Below, piece after piece: positions 18,449 through 28,617 of a stretch of 47,738 nucleotides of DNA. A model generated the notes under the pieces. It ran no database searches and was not told the DNA's origin. It was given only the letters and a program-made list of their open reading frames with translations. A program made the translations under genes and the position numbers. This stretch comes from a virus (taxonomy: Duplodnaviria > Caudoviricetes), in the IMG/VR virus record IMGVR_UViG_3300023283_000032, positions 1 to 47,738 of that record. One strand, given 5' to 3'. Each line of letters starts with the position of its first letter. Positions within the stretch are counted from its first letter, which is position 1.

Positions 18449-19036
18449 ATGCCGCTCCTGAGCATCTTCTTTCGCCAGCTCGGGTTCCGCAACCGGGTCG
18501 GGCTTCTGCGGCTCGATGCCACGCTGCAAGAGGTCCACGAGCGCACGAGCAGAGTGACCGATCATCCGATCGAGGGCGGATCCACGATACAGGATCACAT
18601 CGTGCGCAATCCGCGCCGGCTGACCATGGAGGGGTATATCACCGACACGCCGCTTTCTGGCGGCTCGGTGGGCGTCACTACGGCATATGACATTCTTGAC
18701 CTGACATGGGCGTCGGGCATCCCCTTCACGGTCATTTCGGGATTTCGGATCTATCCGCTCATGGCCTTTGAGCAACTTACCATGCCCAATGTGCGCGCGT
18801 CCGAGATGCGCTTCACGGCGCAGATGAAGGAACTGACAATCACGTTCGGACGCACGGTAGGTGTTTCGGGAACGTCGCTATCGGAAGATAGCGTAAGCAA
18901 TGCACCGGCGCAGGCGGCGGGGTCTGAGGCCGGGCGACAGCCCACATCCGATGCGGGGCCATTGCCGGAAGACACGCCGTCGAGCACTCAGTCGTCGGGC
19001 AGCGCGGACGGCAGCATCTTGTCGCAGATATTCTGA
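18449..19036 (+). CDS. Baseplate/tube initiator protein
   Basis: LDAT..E.H, VTDHPIEGGSTIQDH. Confidence 0.8.
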   Translation: MPLLSIFFRQLGFRNRVGLLRLDATLQEVHERTSRVTDHPIEGGSTIQDHIVRNPRRLTMEGYITDTPLSGGSVGVTTAYDILDLTWASGIPFTVISGFRIYPLMAFEQLTMPNVRASEMRFTAQMKELTITFGRTVGVSGTSLSEDSVSNAPAQAAGSEAGRQPTSDAGPLPEDTPSSTQSSGSADGSILSQIF

Positions 19037-19344
19037 TGCGCCGGATTGTGTGGCCGTCCGGGCCGGAGTGGACACAGAGCGTCCAGTTGGAGGGGAAAAC
19101 ATATAGGCTGCGAGCGCGCTGGAATGTCATCTCAGAGAGATGGTCCATGGACCTTCTCACGAGCGACCGCGCACTGATCCTGGCAGGTATGCGGCTTGTG
19201 CCCGGTGCGCGACTGCTGGGGCAGTTTAGGGACGCACGCCTGCCGCCGGGTGACATGGCCGTGACGGGAGAAGAGCCGGGCTACAATAGCTTTGCAGATG
19301 GGCGGTCGCGTCTGCTATACGTAGAGGCGGCGGAGTATGACTAA
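19036..19344 (+). CDS. Small baseplate protein
   Basis: LRARWN...WSMD; synteny. Confidence 0.7.
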   Translation: MRRIVWPSGPEWTQSVQLEGKTYRLRARWNVISERWSMDLLTSDRALILAGMRLVPGARLLGQFRDARLPPGDMAVTGEEPGYNSFADGRSRLLYVEAAEYD

Positions 19345-20173
19345 CTTCGGGCGCTTCGCGCGCGTGACTGTCGGCGCACCCGGTAGTGACGGGGTGCTGA
19401 TAGATGGCAACCGCATTGAGTTTGCGGTTCGGAAAACGGACGATCCCGAGGCCAATTCTCTTTCAGTCTCCATTACCAACCTTGCGCCGTCGTCGCGGCG
19501 GGCGATGGAGACGACGGACAACCGGATCATCCTAGAAGCGGGCTATGCCCTAGATGTCCGGCAGGTGGCGGTGGGCGACATCACTACGGGGCGGACGGAA
19601 TACCTGCCGCCGGATCAGGTAACGACGGCGAAATGCGGGGATGGGCTCAAGGCCTTGGCCAACACGCGGGTGAGCCTGTCCTACTCCGGGGCAATCGCGG
19701 CACAGAAGGTCATTGACGACATCGCCCGGTCGATGGGTCTCAATCTGCGGGAAACGGCGGCCGATCTGAGCGGATCTTACAGCGATGGGTGGGCTTTTGG
19801 AGGCCCGGCACGCACAGCCCTAGATAAGGTCACGCGCCGGTTTGGCCTGTCGTGGTCAATACAGGATGAAGAGTTGCAGATCGTGGATCGACGCGGGGTC
19901 AACACGCGCGAGGCGGTGTTCATCTCCCCGAGCACAGGGCTGATCGGATCGCCGCTGCCGGTCGATGACCTGCGGGACAACTTGGAAGGCGACAAGGAAC
20001 AGCCCGGAGTGCAGATCACGACGCTGCTCAACCCTCTGATTGAGCCTGGCGGGGTGATCGTTGTGGACAGCCGAGAGTATCGCGAGGCGGAGATGCGTGT
20101 GAAGACCGTGACCCATATCGGCGACACGCGCGGCGATGCGTGGCAGACCGTGGCTGAGGTGGTTGAGCGGTGA
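19337..20173 (+). CDS. Baseplate hub protein
   Basis: ITNL, LEAGY, WSIQD, TGLIGSP, LLNP, GDTRG. Confidence 0.85.
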   Translation: MTNFGRFARVTVGAPGSDGVLIDGNRIEFAVRKTDDPEANSLSVSITNLAPSSRRAMETTDNRIILEAGYALDVRQVAVGDITTGRTEYLPPDQVTTAKCGDGLKALANTRVSLSYSGAIAAQKVIDDIARSMGLNLRETAADLSGSYSDGWAFGGPARTALDKVTRRFGLSWSIQDEELQIVDRRGVNTREAVFISPSTGLIGSPLPVDDLRDNLEGDKEQPGVQITTLLNPLIEPGGVIVVDSREYREAEMRVKTVTHIGDTRGDAWQTVAEVVER

Positions 20174-20766
20174 TCGTGGAGCTTCTTGAGGCGGCTATCG
20201 CCTCGCACCTAGAGGACACGCACACGGCCGTTCCAGGGCGTGTGGAGGGCGTTTCAGGGGGGAGATGCACCGTCAAGCCGCTAGTCAACCGCACGCTGAG
20301 AGATGGGCGCACGGAGGAACTGCCGGTCGTGGCGAATGTCCCGATTTGGTTTCCCCGCGGCGGGGGCGCCTCGATCACATGGCCGGTCGCCGCGGGCGAT
20401 GGGTGCCTGCTGGTATTTTCTGAGCGGTCGCTGGACGCATGGAAGGCAGGCGGAGCTAACCCTGCGGACCCGCGAAAGCATGACTTGACGGACGCAGTGG
20501 CGTTCGTGGGGTTGTCCCCATCGGGCGGACCCAGCGACGTGATAGAGCTCAAAATGGGCAATGTGACGTTCGCGGTGTCGGGCAGTGAGGTCAAGGTCAC
20601 AGGCGGGCCGCTGGTCGTGGAAAACGGGATACAATCCGTTGGCGGGGGCGGCATGGAAATCACCGGCGGGACCGTCTCGCACAATGGAACGAACATCGGA
20701 GACGATCACGTCCACCCGATCAACGGCGGTTCAAGCGCTCCCGGCCCGACCGGAAATCCGCAATGA
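20170..20766 (+). CDS. Baseplate spike (Gp138/gpV-like)
   Basis: GDGCLLVFSER, RKHDLTDA, C-terminal HxH metal motif HVHP. Confidence 0.9.
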   Translation: MIVELLEAAIASHLEDTHTAVPGRVEGVSGGRCTVKPLVNRTLRDGRTEELPVVANVPIWFPRGGGASITWPVAAGDGCLLVFSERSLDAWKAGGANPADPRKHDLTDAVAFVGLSPSGGPSDVIELKMGNVTFAVSGSEVKVTGGPLVVENGIQSVGGGGMEITGGTVSHNGTNIGDDHVHPINGGSSAPGPTGNPQ

Positions 20767-21119
20767 GAGACCTGCTGCTGAGCGATGATCACGATCTGGT
20801 TTTTGAGGGGCGCGATCTGGCGACCGTGAGCGACCCGAAAGCCATTCCGCAGAACATCAGACAGCGCCTTCTGCACTTCACGCGCGAATGGTTTCTGGAT
20901 TTGGATGCAGGCACGCCGTGGATTGAGGACATCCTGACCAAAGGCAGCCGCCAGTCCGCAGTGGAGGATATTCTCAAGGCGCGCATTCGTGAAGCACCTG
21001 GCGTTGAGGAGCTGACCGCATTGGAATTGTTCGAGGCGGGCGAGCGCGGCATTCGGGTGCAGTTTTCGGCCCGGACAGCGGCCGGCGTTGTGTCTGAGGC
21101 GGTAGAGGTGAGCTTGTGA
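20763..21119 (+). CDS. Baseplate wedge/sheath initiator (gp25-like)
   Basis: EWFLDLDAGTPW. Confidence 0.8.
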   Translation: MRDLLLSDDHDLVFEGRDLATVSDPKAIPQNIRQRLLHFTREWFLDLDAGTPWIEDILTKGSRQSAVEDILKARIREAPGVEELTALELFEAGERGIRVQFSARTAAGVVSEAVEVSL

Positions 21120-22504
21120 CCCTGACCCCAGAAGGCTTTACCGGCAAGCGCCTGCCGCAGATCAAGGCGGAGCTTGAGCAGGCTCTACAGGAGGAGTTCG
21201 GCGTTGACTTGAATTTCGCGCCGGAGACTGTGATCGGTCAAATCGTCGGTCTGGAAAGCGAAGCCCGTGCGATCACATGGGCGGACCTAGAGGACGTCTA
21301 CCAGTCGCAATATCCGTCCACCGCGTCTGGCGTCGCTTTGGATCGAGTGGTCAATCTTAACGGGGTCACGCGCCTCCCGGCGCTGCCCACCACGGTCACA
21401 GCGATTGTGGGGCTTGCGCTTGGCACGACGCTGACAGCGGGGCGGAAAGCCCGCGATGGGACGGAGACCTACAGCCTGACCGATCAGGTCGTGGCGAACG
21501 CGTCGCAAGCCGACGGCGGGATCGTTTCGGTCGCGACAGTTACGGACGGCGGAACCTATACCGTCACCATTGACGGAACAGACGCCAGCATCACGGCACA
21601 GACCCCAGCGACAGTGCAGAACATCCTGACCGATCTGGCGGCGGCATTGTCGCAGGATACGGACGTCGGCGATGGTGAATTGTCCATCCGCTACGACGGG
21701 CCACTGCCCATCGCGGTGTCCAGCAATATGACGCTGGATGGCGTGTTCATGTCTGCGCCATTTCAGGCCGACACGACTGGCCCCAAGGCACTGCCAGCCG
21801 GCGCCCTGAGCGAGATCGAGACGCCGGTTGCGGGATGGCTGACCGTCACGAACGACGCTGCCGGAACCGCAGGGCGGGATGTTGAGACGGACGCAGCTCT
21901 GCGCGTGCGGCGCGAGCAATCGGTGCGGATCAGGGCGACAAATACCTTGGAGGGGATTACGGCCAATCTGCTTGCCATTGAGGGGGTTCTTGACGCGGTG
22001 GTGCGGGAAAACACTGGGACGGCAACGGATGGTGATGGCTTGCCGCCACAGCACATATGGGCAATCGTGGAGGGTGGCGACGCGGCGGATATCGGGCGGG
22101 TTATATACGACCGCAAGGCAGCGGGGATCGGGACATTCGGTGCGAAATCGGTTGATGTCCAGTCCGAGGTGACCGGCCAGCTATATTCCATTCGCTACGA
22201 GCGCCCGACCATCACGACTATCTTCGTGCGGGTGACGATAGAGGACAGCCCGTCGCTTCCGTCCGACTATGTGGCGCGCGTCCGAAATGCGTTGGTTGCC
22301 TATGCCGACACGCTCAAGATCGGGGAAGATCTGATCCGAAATCGCCTGTTCGGGCCGATCTATGGCGCGATCGACGGTCAATCTTTTGTGACGGAGGTGC
22401 TGATTGACACGTCCTCGCCCCCGGCCGGCACGGCGAACATTGCGGCGGGAACAGCGGAGCGCGTAAGCATTACCGCCGAAGATGTCGATGTCCTACTCGC
22501 CTAG
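21116..22504 (+). CDS. Baseplate J-like wedge protein
   Basis: ASGVALD, GRDVETDAALR, IVEGG, AAGIGTFG. Confidence 0.9.
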   Translation: MTLTPEGFTGKRLPQIKAELEQALQEEFGVDLNFAPETVIGQIVGLESEARAITWADLEDVYQSQYPSTASGVALDRVVNLNGVTRLPALPTTVTAIVGLALGTTLTAGRKARDGTETYSLTDQVVANASQADGGIVSVATVTDGGTYTVTIDGTDASITAQTPATVQNILTDLAAALSQDTDVGDGELSIRYDGPLPIAVSSNMTLDGVFMSAPFQADTTGPKALPAGALSEIETPVAGWLTVTNDAAGTAGRDVETDAALRVRREQSVRIRATNTLEGITANLLAIEGVLDAVVRENTGTATDGDGLPPQHIWAIVEGGDAADIGRVIYDRKAAGIGTFGAKSVDVQSEVTGQLYSIRYERPTITTIFVRVTIEDSPSLPSDYVARVRNALVAYADTLKIGEDLIRNRLFGPIYGAIDGQSFVTEVLIDTSSPPAGTANIAAGTAERVSITAEDVDVLLA

Positions 22505-23231
22505 GCTAGATCGGCTTCTCTATCAGTATCGCCACAGCCCTAATATCCAGGCGCTGCTGCGGGCGCTGCTAGCGGAGTATCAGGTATTCGGCGAAGTGTC
22601 CGACGATCTGCGCTCGCGCCTTGATATCGCGCTGTCGGAGGGCGTGCAGCTTGACGGGATCGGGGAGATTGTTGACCGTCCTCGCCCTAGGACGGTGCAG
22701 ATCGCGGCCGAGGATGCGTTCGCATTATCAGGCGGGCCTGGGTCCGGGCTTTCCAGTCTGGCCGAGCCCACTCAAGGAGGCCGGTTCGTCGGGATTGACG
22801 GTTTGCTTGTTGGGGACATGCCGGATGAAGAATACCGAACCCTACTGAGAGCAACGATCTTCGCAAACTACGCTCGGAGCACGATCGACAACCTCGCGCA
22901 ATACGGCGATTTCGTGATCGGAGAAGAGGTGAACGTTGTAGCGGCGGTTGGATGGGCGGACCTTTCATCACCGCGCCCTCTTCAATCGTGGGAAATCAAA
23001 ATAATTCGGCAGACGTTTCCAGTTGCGGCGGGAGTACGGCTGGGCGATATCACATACGGAAACGATCCGGCACCGTTTGGCTGCGAACGCGATGCGAGAA
23101 ATACCGGATTTGGAGCGCTAGACGGCACGGCGGTGTGGGAAGATAACGATATCTGGGACGATGATGATTTCTGGAATGAAAGCGCCTTGGGCGATCCGCC
23201 TCATCGCGGCGGCTTCGTAGCACTGGTGTAA
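22488..23231 (+). CDS. Baseplate wedge protein (DUF2612-like)
   Basis: QYRHSP, GVQLDGIGEIV, DEEYRTLL. Confidence 0.85.
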   Translation: MSYSPRLDRLLYQYRHSPNIQALLRALLAEYQVFGEVSDDLRSRLDIALSEGVQLDGIGEIVDRPRPRTVQIAAEDAFALSGGPGSGLSSLAEPTQGGRFVGIDGLLVGDMPDEEYRTLLRATIFANYARSTIDNLAQYGDFVIGEEVNVVAAVGWADLSSPRPLQSWEIKIIRQTFPVAAGVRLGDITYGNDPAPFGCERDARNTGFGALDGTAVWEDNDIWDDDDFWNESALGDPPHRGGFVALV

Positions 23232-23240
23232 GGAGAGATA

Positions 23241-23825
23241 ATGGCCAATGAAATCGGATCCAGCAGGCTCCTGGATACGTGGGGAAGTAGTGGTAACCGC
23301 GTAGAGCCCGGTCTTTCCAAGAAAGAGCAAGGTTGGCTTGAAGGCGAACGGCCGGCTCACGAATATATGAACTGGATACAGTCTGAATTTGGCCAAAAGC
23401 TAAATCATCTTCTCAAGAATGGCGTTCCGAAATGGAATGCTGTGACGGAATATGACCCTGGCAGTATAGTCAATTATGGTGGCGAACTGTGGAAGGCGGC
23501 CGCACCAAACGTAAACTCGGCCCCAAGCGCGGCTAATTCAGATTGGAAGGCGGCGTCGTTTGAGCCAAAGATCGAGGGCGGACCTAGCGATCAATATGTT
23601 ATATTGCCCAACGGAAAAATTTTCCAGTGGGGCTCGGGCAGCGGAACATCGGCCGTGTTTCCCATTACGTTTCCTAACGCTGTTGATATAGTCATCATTG
23701 GCGATCGGAGCGGCACTCCAACGCCGCACGCATGGAATGTTGCCCCCACCACAACGTCGGTTGTTCAGGTTTACAATGAAGATGTAAGCGATCAGACATG
23801 GACATATTTTGCGGTAGGGTCGTGA
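23241..23825 (+). CDS. Short tail fibre
   Basis: GW..GERP...YMNW anchor; LPNGKIFQWG...FPITFPN...AVG tip. Confidence 0.8.
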   Translation: MANEIGSSRLLDTWGSSGNRVEPGLSKKEQGWLEGERPAHEYMNWIQSEFGQKLNHLLKNGVPKWNAVTEYDPGSIVNYGGELWKAAAPNVNSAPSAANSDWKAASFEPKIEGGPSDQYVILPNGKIFQWGSGSGTSAVFPITFPNAVDIVIIGDRSGTPTPHAWNVAPTTTSVVQVYNEDVSDQTWTYFAVGS

Positions 23826-23826
23826 A

Positions 23827-24309
23827 ATGATTTATTATAGCAAATCAACCGGAGGTTTTCATGATCCCAGCTTGGGTGAGTTGCCAAGTGACGCGGTGGA
23901 GATTAGCCGGTCAACACATAAGGAACTTTTGGCAGGTCAGGCTGAAGGAAAGCAGATAGCTGCTGGCCCTGATGGGTTTCCTGTTCTTGAAAGTCTGCCG
24001 CAACCAACGGATGCAGAGCGCCGTGCGCGCTTCCGTGAGATCGGCACGGCGTCGCGTATTGACATTACGGAAGCGCTGATCGCCGAGGGCATTCTGACAG
24101 AAACCGAGGCCGAGGCGTTCGCAGGGCACGAGCTGCCCCAGCCGCTACTGGACATGGTAGATCAGATGCCTGCCGAAATGCAGCGCCCCGCCCGGCGGAG
24201 GCTCAAGGCCGCAAGTACGTTCCATCGCTCCGAGCCCATGTGGTCCGAGGTGCCGGAAGCGATCATGACGCCTGAGCAGATTGACCGCTTGCACGGCTTC
24301 ACCGGTTAG
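23827..24309 (+). CDS. Tail fibre assembly protein
   Basis: YYSKSTGGF...DAVEIS...LLAGQAEGKQI...DGFPVL. Confidence 0.8.
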   Translation: MIYYSKSTGGFHDPSLGELPSDAVEISRSTHKELLAGQAEGKQIAAGPDGFPVLESLPQPTDAERRARFREIGTASRIDITEALIAEGILTETEAEAFAGHELPQPLLDMVDQMPAEMQRPARRRLKAASTFHRSEPMWSEVPEAIMTPEQIDRLHGFTG

Positions 24310-24373
24310 AATCGTTAGACGGTTCGGAATGACCACCCCGCGCTTTACGGGTTTCTTTGCATGAGGTTGATAG

Positions 24374-25993
24374 ATGGCGACACCGTTTAATAACGGCGAC
24401 CCGCTTGATGTTGTCCGCGCAAAACTGAACGAGGCGATTGTTCAGGCGGAAAGCGCGTTGCAGCCGGGTGACAACATCCCGTGGGACGACATCATTGGCG
24501 AACCTCCGGTTGGCAATTCGGTGTTTGTGGACTCAGCATCAGGCAGCGATGGCAGAGACGGGCGGAATCTTTCCGACGCCGTCGCGACCATCGAGCAGGC
24601 CGTCACGGCCGCGTCGGGGCTGTCCGGGCGCAAGGCCATCATTGTCTATCCCGGCAATGGCTACGACAGCGATGGCCACATCGACCTGCCGGCGGATACC
24701 TGCGTGGTCGGCGCGGGCAGTGCGCGAGCCACGCCTATCCGCCCGACGAGCGGCAACGAGCAGAAGAACGTCTTCCGCGCCGACAGCGGCTGCTATGTGA
24801 CCGGCTTCTCCTTCGAGGGGTGGCAGGTCGACAGCCTCACCAATCCGACCGAGGGCGCAGCGCTCGCGTTCAAGCCCGGCGCGGTCATCTTCCGCGCGCC
24901 CTACATCTTCAACTGCACGGTCTACCGGCCACAGCCGACACCAGTGACCCCGCCGCCCATGGATCCCGCCAACGGCAACCCACTCGTGGGAAACGGGCCT
25001 GCCGTCATCATTGCGGACGGGTCGGTCATCTCGCAGTACTCGCCCGTTCCGAACATCATGGCGTGGGGAGCGACGCCTTCGACGCCGAACGGTCTCGGCT
25101 ATGTCGCCAAGAACGGCGCATTCATCAACGCGGTGAACGCCATCGCACTCTCGTGTCACAAGGCCTACTTGGCGCTGTCAGGCGGCCAGATCACGCTTAG
25201 CGGTTGCTCGACACAGTTCGGCGACTATTCGATCTGGTCGGAAGGCTCGTGCGAGTTCGTCGTGCCCGCAAATACGTCGGCAGCTACCGGCGTCTTCACC
25301 GCCGATGCGGCGCTTGTGGAGAGCAACGAGCAGGCAATCACGGATTACGTCTGGACAGATCTGGTCTCGCAGGGCCTGACCAGCGGCTGGACCACCGGCA
25401 ACACGGTTGGCACTGACGAGTACTTCACTCGCCGCGACACCAAGCAGCTTCTCTTGGCGATCCGCTACGCCTTGCAGTCCGGGCAGGCGCGACCCGTGGA
25501 GCGCTTTTCGACCGGCATGTTCGGCTTGACCGGCGCCAAGGTCTACGAGCTCGCCAAGGAGCCGGCTTTCCTTCGTGCCTGGGACACGGTTGCCAACCAG
25601 ATCGCGGCCATCCCGGTCTCCTCGGGCGCTCAAACGATGGTGGACGGCATGATCGCCGCCCTCAAGACCACCGTGCAGGCGCCGGACAAGCGCAAGCAGT
25701 TCTCGCTGGTGACCGCGATCAACACGCAGGTCAGCTACCCGACCGCCGGCGTCACGATCGACGCGCTGCCGGTGACGTTCCGCGGCACAGGTCGCCTGGC
25801 AAATCGCATGGAGCAGGCGCTGGTTCGCAAAGATGGCGGCCGGATCGTGTTCTCCGGTCAGGACGACGCCTCCAACGCGATCCTCACCGAAGGCCTCGTC
25901 ATTGACGCCAGCACTGGAACCATTCGCGGCCCGGCGTTCGAGCGCTCTATCGAAGACAAGGCCCTTGAGGCCGCCATTGCGGGGAGCTTCTGA
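24374..25993 (+). CDS. Virion fibre/spike with predicted beta-helix
   Basis: FVDSASGSDGRDG...ATIEQA...IIVYPG is a typical beta-helix entry; N-terminal FNNGD..VRAKLN anchor. Confidence 0.65.
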   Translation: MATPFNNGDPLDVVRAKLNEAIVQAESALQPGDNIPWDDIIGEPPVGNSVFVDSASGSDGRDGRNLSDAVATIEQAVTAASGLSGRKAIIVYPGNGYDSDGHIDLPADTCVVGAGSARATPIRPTSGNEQKNVFRADSGCYVTGFSFEGWQVDSLTNPTEGAALAFKPGAVIFRAPYIFNCTVYRPQPTPVTPPPMDPANGNPLVGNGPAVIIADGSVISQYSPVPNIMAWGATPSTPNGLGYVAKNGAFINAVNAIALSCHKAYLALSGGQITLSGCSTQFGDYSIWSEGSCEFVVPANTSAATGVFTADAALVESNEQAITDYVWTDLVSQGLTSGWTTGNTVGTDEYFTRRDTKQLLLAIRYALQSGQARPVERFSTGMFGLTGAKVYELAKEPAFLRAWDTVANQIAAIPVSSGAQTMVDGMIAALKTTVQAPDKRKQFSLVTAINTQVSYPTAGVTIDALPVTFRGTGRLANRMEQALVRKDGGRIVFSGQDDASNAILTEGLVIDASTGTIRGPAFERSIEDKALEAAIAGSF

Positions 25994-26475
25994 TGCCCAC
26001 CAAAATTCTTACGGATCAACCGCAAAGCAAGGGCAAGTCTTATCGAGCTTCGTCCATTCCGGCGACTGCCTTCACGCTCATCGAGGCGCCGTATTTCAGC
26101 CGCACTGGTCGGGCCAACGACGCGCTTCCCGTGGACCCGAGCGACAACAATCGCACCCTGCTGCCCGGCGAGGTGTTTCTTCGCACTCCGCTCCACATCA
26201 CCAATGTTGCGGGGTCTGGCACAGTGACCGTCACCGTGACAATCGCGCACGAAGATGGTGGGACGACCACGCTCGCCCAGGATCAGCCTGTGGAGGTGAA
26301 AGACACGCTTTACGTGCCGGCGCAGAACTCGTCGCTCTTCAAGCGCGATTTGGCGAGTCCGGGGAATGCCGGAGATCGGCTTCGCGTGACGGCGGGCACG
26401 GCCGGCGCTCTCGATCTGTTCGTGATGGGCAACGAGCGACTCGCCCTTGACCATGACCCCGACACAGGAAGCTGA
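25993..26475 (+). CDS. Small beta-rich virion structural protein
   Basis: TGATG coupling; HITN...TVTVTI...GDRLRVTA...LD. Confidence 0.6.
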   Translation: MPTKILTDQPQSKGKSYRASSIPATAFTLIEAPYFSRTGRANDALPVDPSDNNRTLLPGEVFLRTPLHITNVAGSGTVTVTVTIAHEDGGTTTLAQDQPVEVKDTLYVPAQNSSLFKRDLASPGNAGDRLRVTAGTAGALDLFVMGNERLALDHDPDTGS

Positions 26476-26478
26476 CGC

Positions 26479-27861
26479 ATGGCAATGAAACGGCTTTCAG
26501 GCGCCCAAAAATTCGTCGGCAAGGGGCTCAAGCAGGTTCTCGAAGAGATTGCGGCGCAGGATCACGTCGGCGCGGTTGGCTATTTCGGAGATGGCGACTC
26601 CACCGGGCTCCCTTCGGATGTAGGTGTGCCTCCCGATGTCCGCGTGGCGCACGGGGATCAGTGGTGGCGCATCCCGGTGGTGCCGGCGACGCAGAAAGCG
26701 GATGTCAACCGGATCATTTCGGCGCCATTCACGATCACGGTGCATCACGACCCTGCCGAGGGCGCGGACTACCTTTCGATCAAGGAGGCTCTGCGGTTTC
26801 TGGCCGGGTTCTGGAAGCCGCCCGAGTTCACCGAAGTCTACGTTACAGTGCTGATCAAGAGCGGGCATCGGGTGAAAGATCAGACCTTCCTGTCCGGCGT
26901 GGATATGTCGTGGGTTATCCTCTTGTCGGAAGACAACGACGTTGTTGTCGAGGATGCGGCCCTGACGCAAGACCCGTTTGGTGGTGGCGGGACAGGCGTT
27001 TTCGAGTTCTCCAACCTCTACTTACCGATCATTGAAGCGCATTTTGTGTCTGACGGTTCTGTTCAGCCTAACGGCGCATCCACTTTCGGCTTGTCCACAG
27101 GCGCCAACTCACGCTGGACTTTTCATCCCAGCAAGAGCCGGCACGACCTCGACCTGAACGGAACACCCGGCAAGCGCTACGGGTTTTCGGGGTTTGATCG
27201 CAACGTAAATGTTGGCAGCTGGACATCGGCATTTGTCACAAACGCCTTCAAATGCACCGACTCATATCGAGACGGAAATGTGAGCATAGGCAGTTATGCT
27301 GGCATGGCGATGACTGGCGGCGATTACACGGGATACCGGGCGCAAATGGGTATCCTAGTATCTGGCCAGCTATCCATCGGCGGCATCCAGGGCGGCACAC
27401 AGCGGCCGGGAGAGACATACGGACCCGGCGGGCAAGACCCGGCTACGCAAACAGCGTGGTTCGCCCCCGATTGCCGCAAAGACGCGGCAGGAGATCGCAG
27501 CGGTCCTCATGACATTCGCGTTCAGGGAAACGGGCTTTTCACGCAACGTGTTGGCTTTATCGGCACCTGCAACCTTGCGCCGAATGAGACGCGGGTCGGC
27601 TGGGGAACGCGGCTGTGGCGCGAGCGGGCAACGCCTTCCGAGGCCTCAAGCGACATGCTTTCGTTGCGCCCTTATCTTAAGCCAGAAAACCTGCCTTCGG
27701 CAGAGCTCTATCCGCACAGCTTCGCGCGCGTGGTGGATGGCGGTGACGGCAAGCCTCTTTTGCTCATGTCGGACAATGGCGAGTGGGTGCCGATTGCAAC
27801 GGGCGCCCTTTCGACACCGACCTATACCGACAATGGCGACGGCACCTATACGATAGGCTAA
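26479..27861 (+). CDS. Tailspike-like protein
   Basis: ITVH...DYLSIKEAL entry motif, Gly/Asn-rich body. Confidence 0.55.
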   Translation: MAMKRLSGAQKFVGKGLKQVLEEIAAQDHVGAVGYFGDGDSTGLPSDVGVPPDVRVAHGDQWWRIPVVPATQKADVNRIISAPFTITVHHDPAEGADYLSIKEALRFLAGFWKPPEFTEVYVTVLIKSGHRVKDQTFLSGVDMSWVILLSEDNDVVVEDAALTQDPFGGGGTGVFEFSNLYLPIIEAHFVSDGSVQPNGASTFGLSTGANSRWTFHPSKSRHDLDLNGTPGKRYGFSGFDRNVNVGSWTSAFVTNAFKCTDSYRDGNVSIGSYAGMAMTGGDYTGYRAQMGILVSGQLSIGGIQGGTQRPGETYGPGGQDPATQTAWFAPDCRKDAAGDRSGPHDIRVQGNGLFTQRVGFIGTCNLAPNETRVGWGTRLWRERATPSEASSDMLSLRPYLKPENLPSAELYPHSFARVVDGGDGKPLLLMSDNGEWVPIATGALSTPTYTDNGDGTYTIG

Positions 27862-27865
27862 CGGA

Positions 27866-28240
27866 ATGGCATTTACGCAGACTCCGCACTTTCTCGAATA
27901 CCGGTTGCGCCTCACGGGCTCGACCTTTGCGGCGCCCGAGGCGTCGGCCGTGTTTCGCGAGTTGCTGATCGCTCACGTCTACGAGGACGACCAAAGGCCT
28001 GCCCGCGACAGCGAGCGCGAGGCGCCGATGGCGTTTGTGTGGGATGCCGAAGCTGAGCCCGGCGTGTCTGTGCTCGGCCTGCTTCCTTATCCCGAGGTTT
28101 CCTACATGATCTACGGCGTGGCGCAGGATTACGACGGCAAAACCTCTTCGGCACTCTCCGACACGGTGGGCCTGTCCAATGCCGACCTGACGGCGCTCAA
28201 GGCGCTGGTTGATGGTGAGAAGACTGCGAGGGGAATCTGA
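27866..28240 (+). CDS. Hypothetical protein (apparent paralogue of 28240..28617)
   Basis: Operon spacing; shared termini with the next gene. Confidence 0.65.
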   Translation: MAFTQTPHFLEYRLRLTGSTFAAPEASAVFRELLIAHVYEDDQRPARDSEREAPMAFVWDAEAEPGVSVLGLLPYPEVSYMIYGVAQDYDGKTSSALSDTVGLSNADLTALKALVDGEKTARGI

Positions 28241-28617
28241 TGGCGGTGAACTCGCGCACGACCCACTTCGACCTGATCACGGTGAGACTGGCTGACTCCA
28301 ATTCTGGCAACCCAGACGGCGATGAGATCGGCCACCAGGTTCAGGTGCGGGACAAGTATGACGTGGATGGCACTTTGAAGTGTGCCCACGCTGATCCGCT
28401 CGAAATCAACTGGGCGCGGGGGATTTCGCAAAGCACGGCAGCCCTCAGCATCGTGGATCTCCTGCCTGCCTCGGAGTTCACGGCAATTCTGGCGGGGCTG
28501 GCGCAGGACTGGAACGGCAACACCGCGGCGGCTCTGGGATGGTGGTGGCTGTCAGACAGCATCGTCACGGATTTCAGCGCCCTGATTGATGCTGAACACG
28601 CGGCGCGGGGGCTCTGA
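28240..28617 (+). CDS. Hypothetical protein (apparent paralogue of 27866..28240)
   Basis: TGATG coupling at both ends. Confidence 0.65.
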   Translation: MAVNSRTTHFDLITVRLADSNSGNPDGDEIGHQVQVRDKYDVDGTLKCAHADPLEINWARGISQSTAALSIVDLLPASEFTAILAGLAQDWNGNTAAALGWWWLSDSIVTDFSALIDAEHAARGL

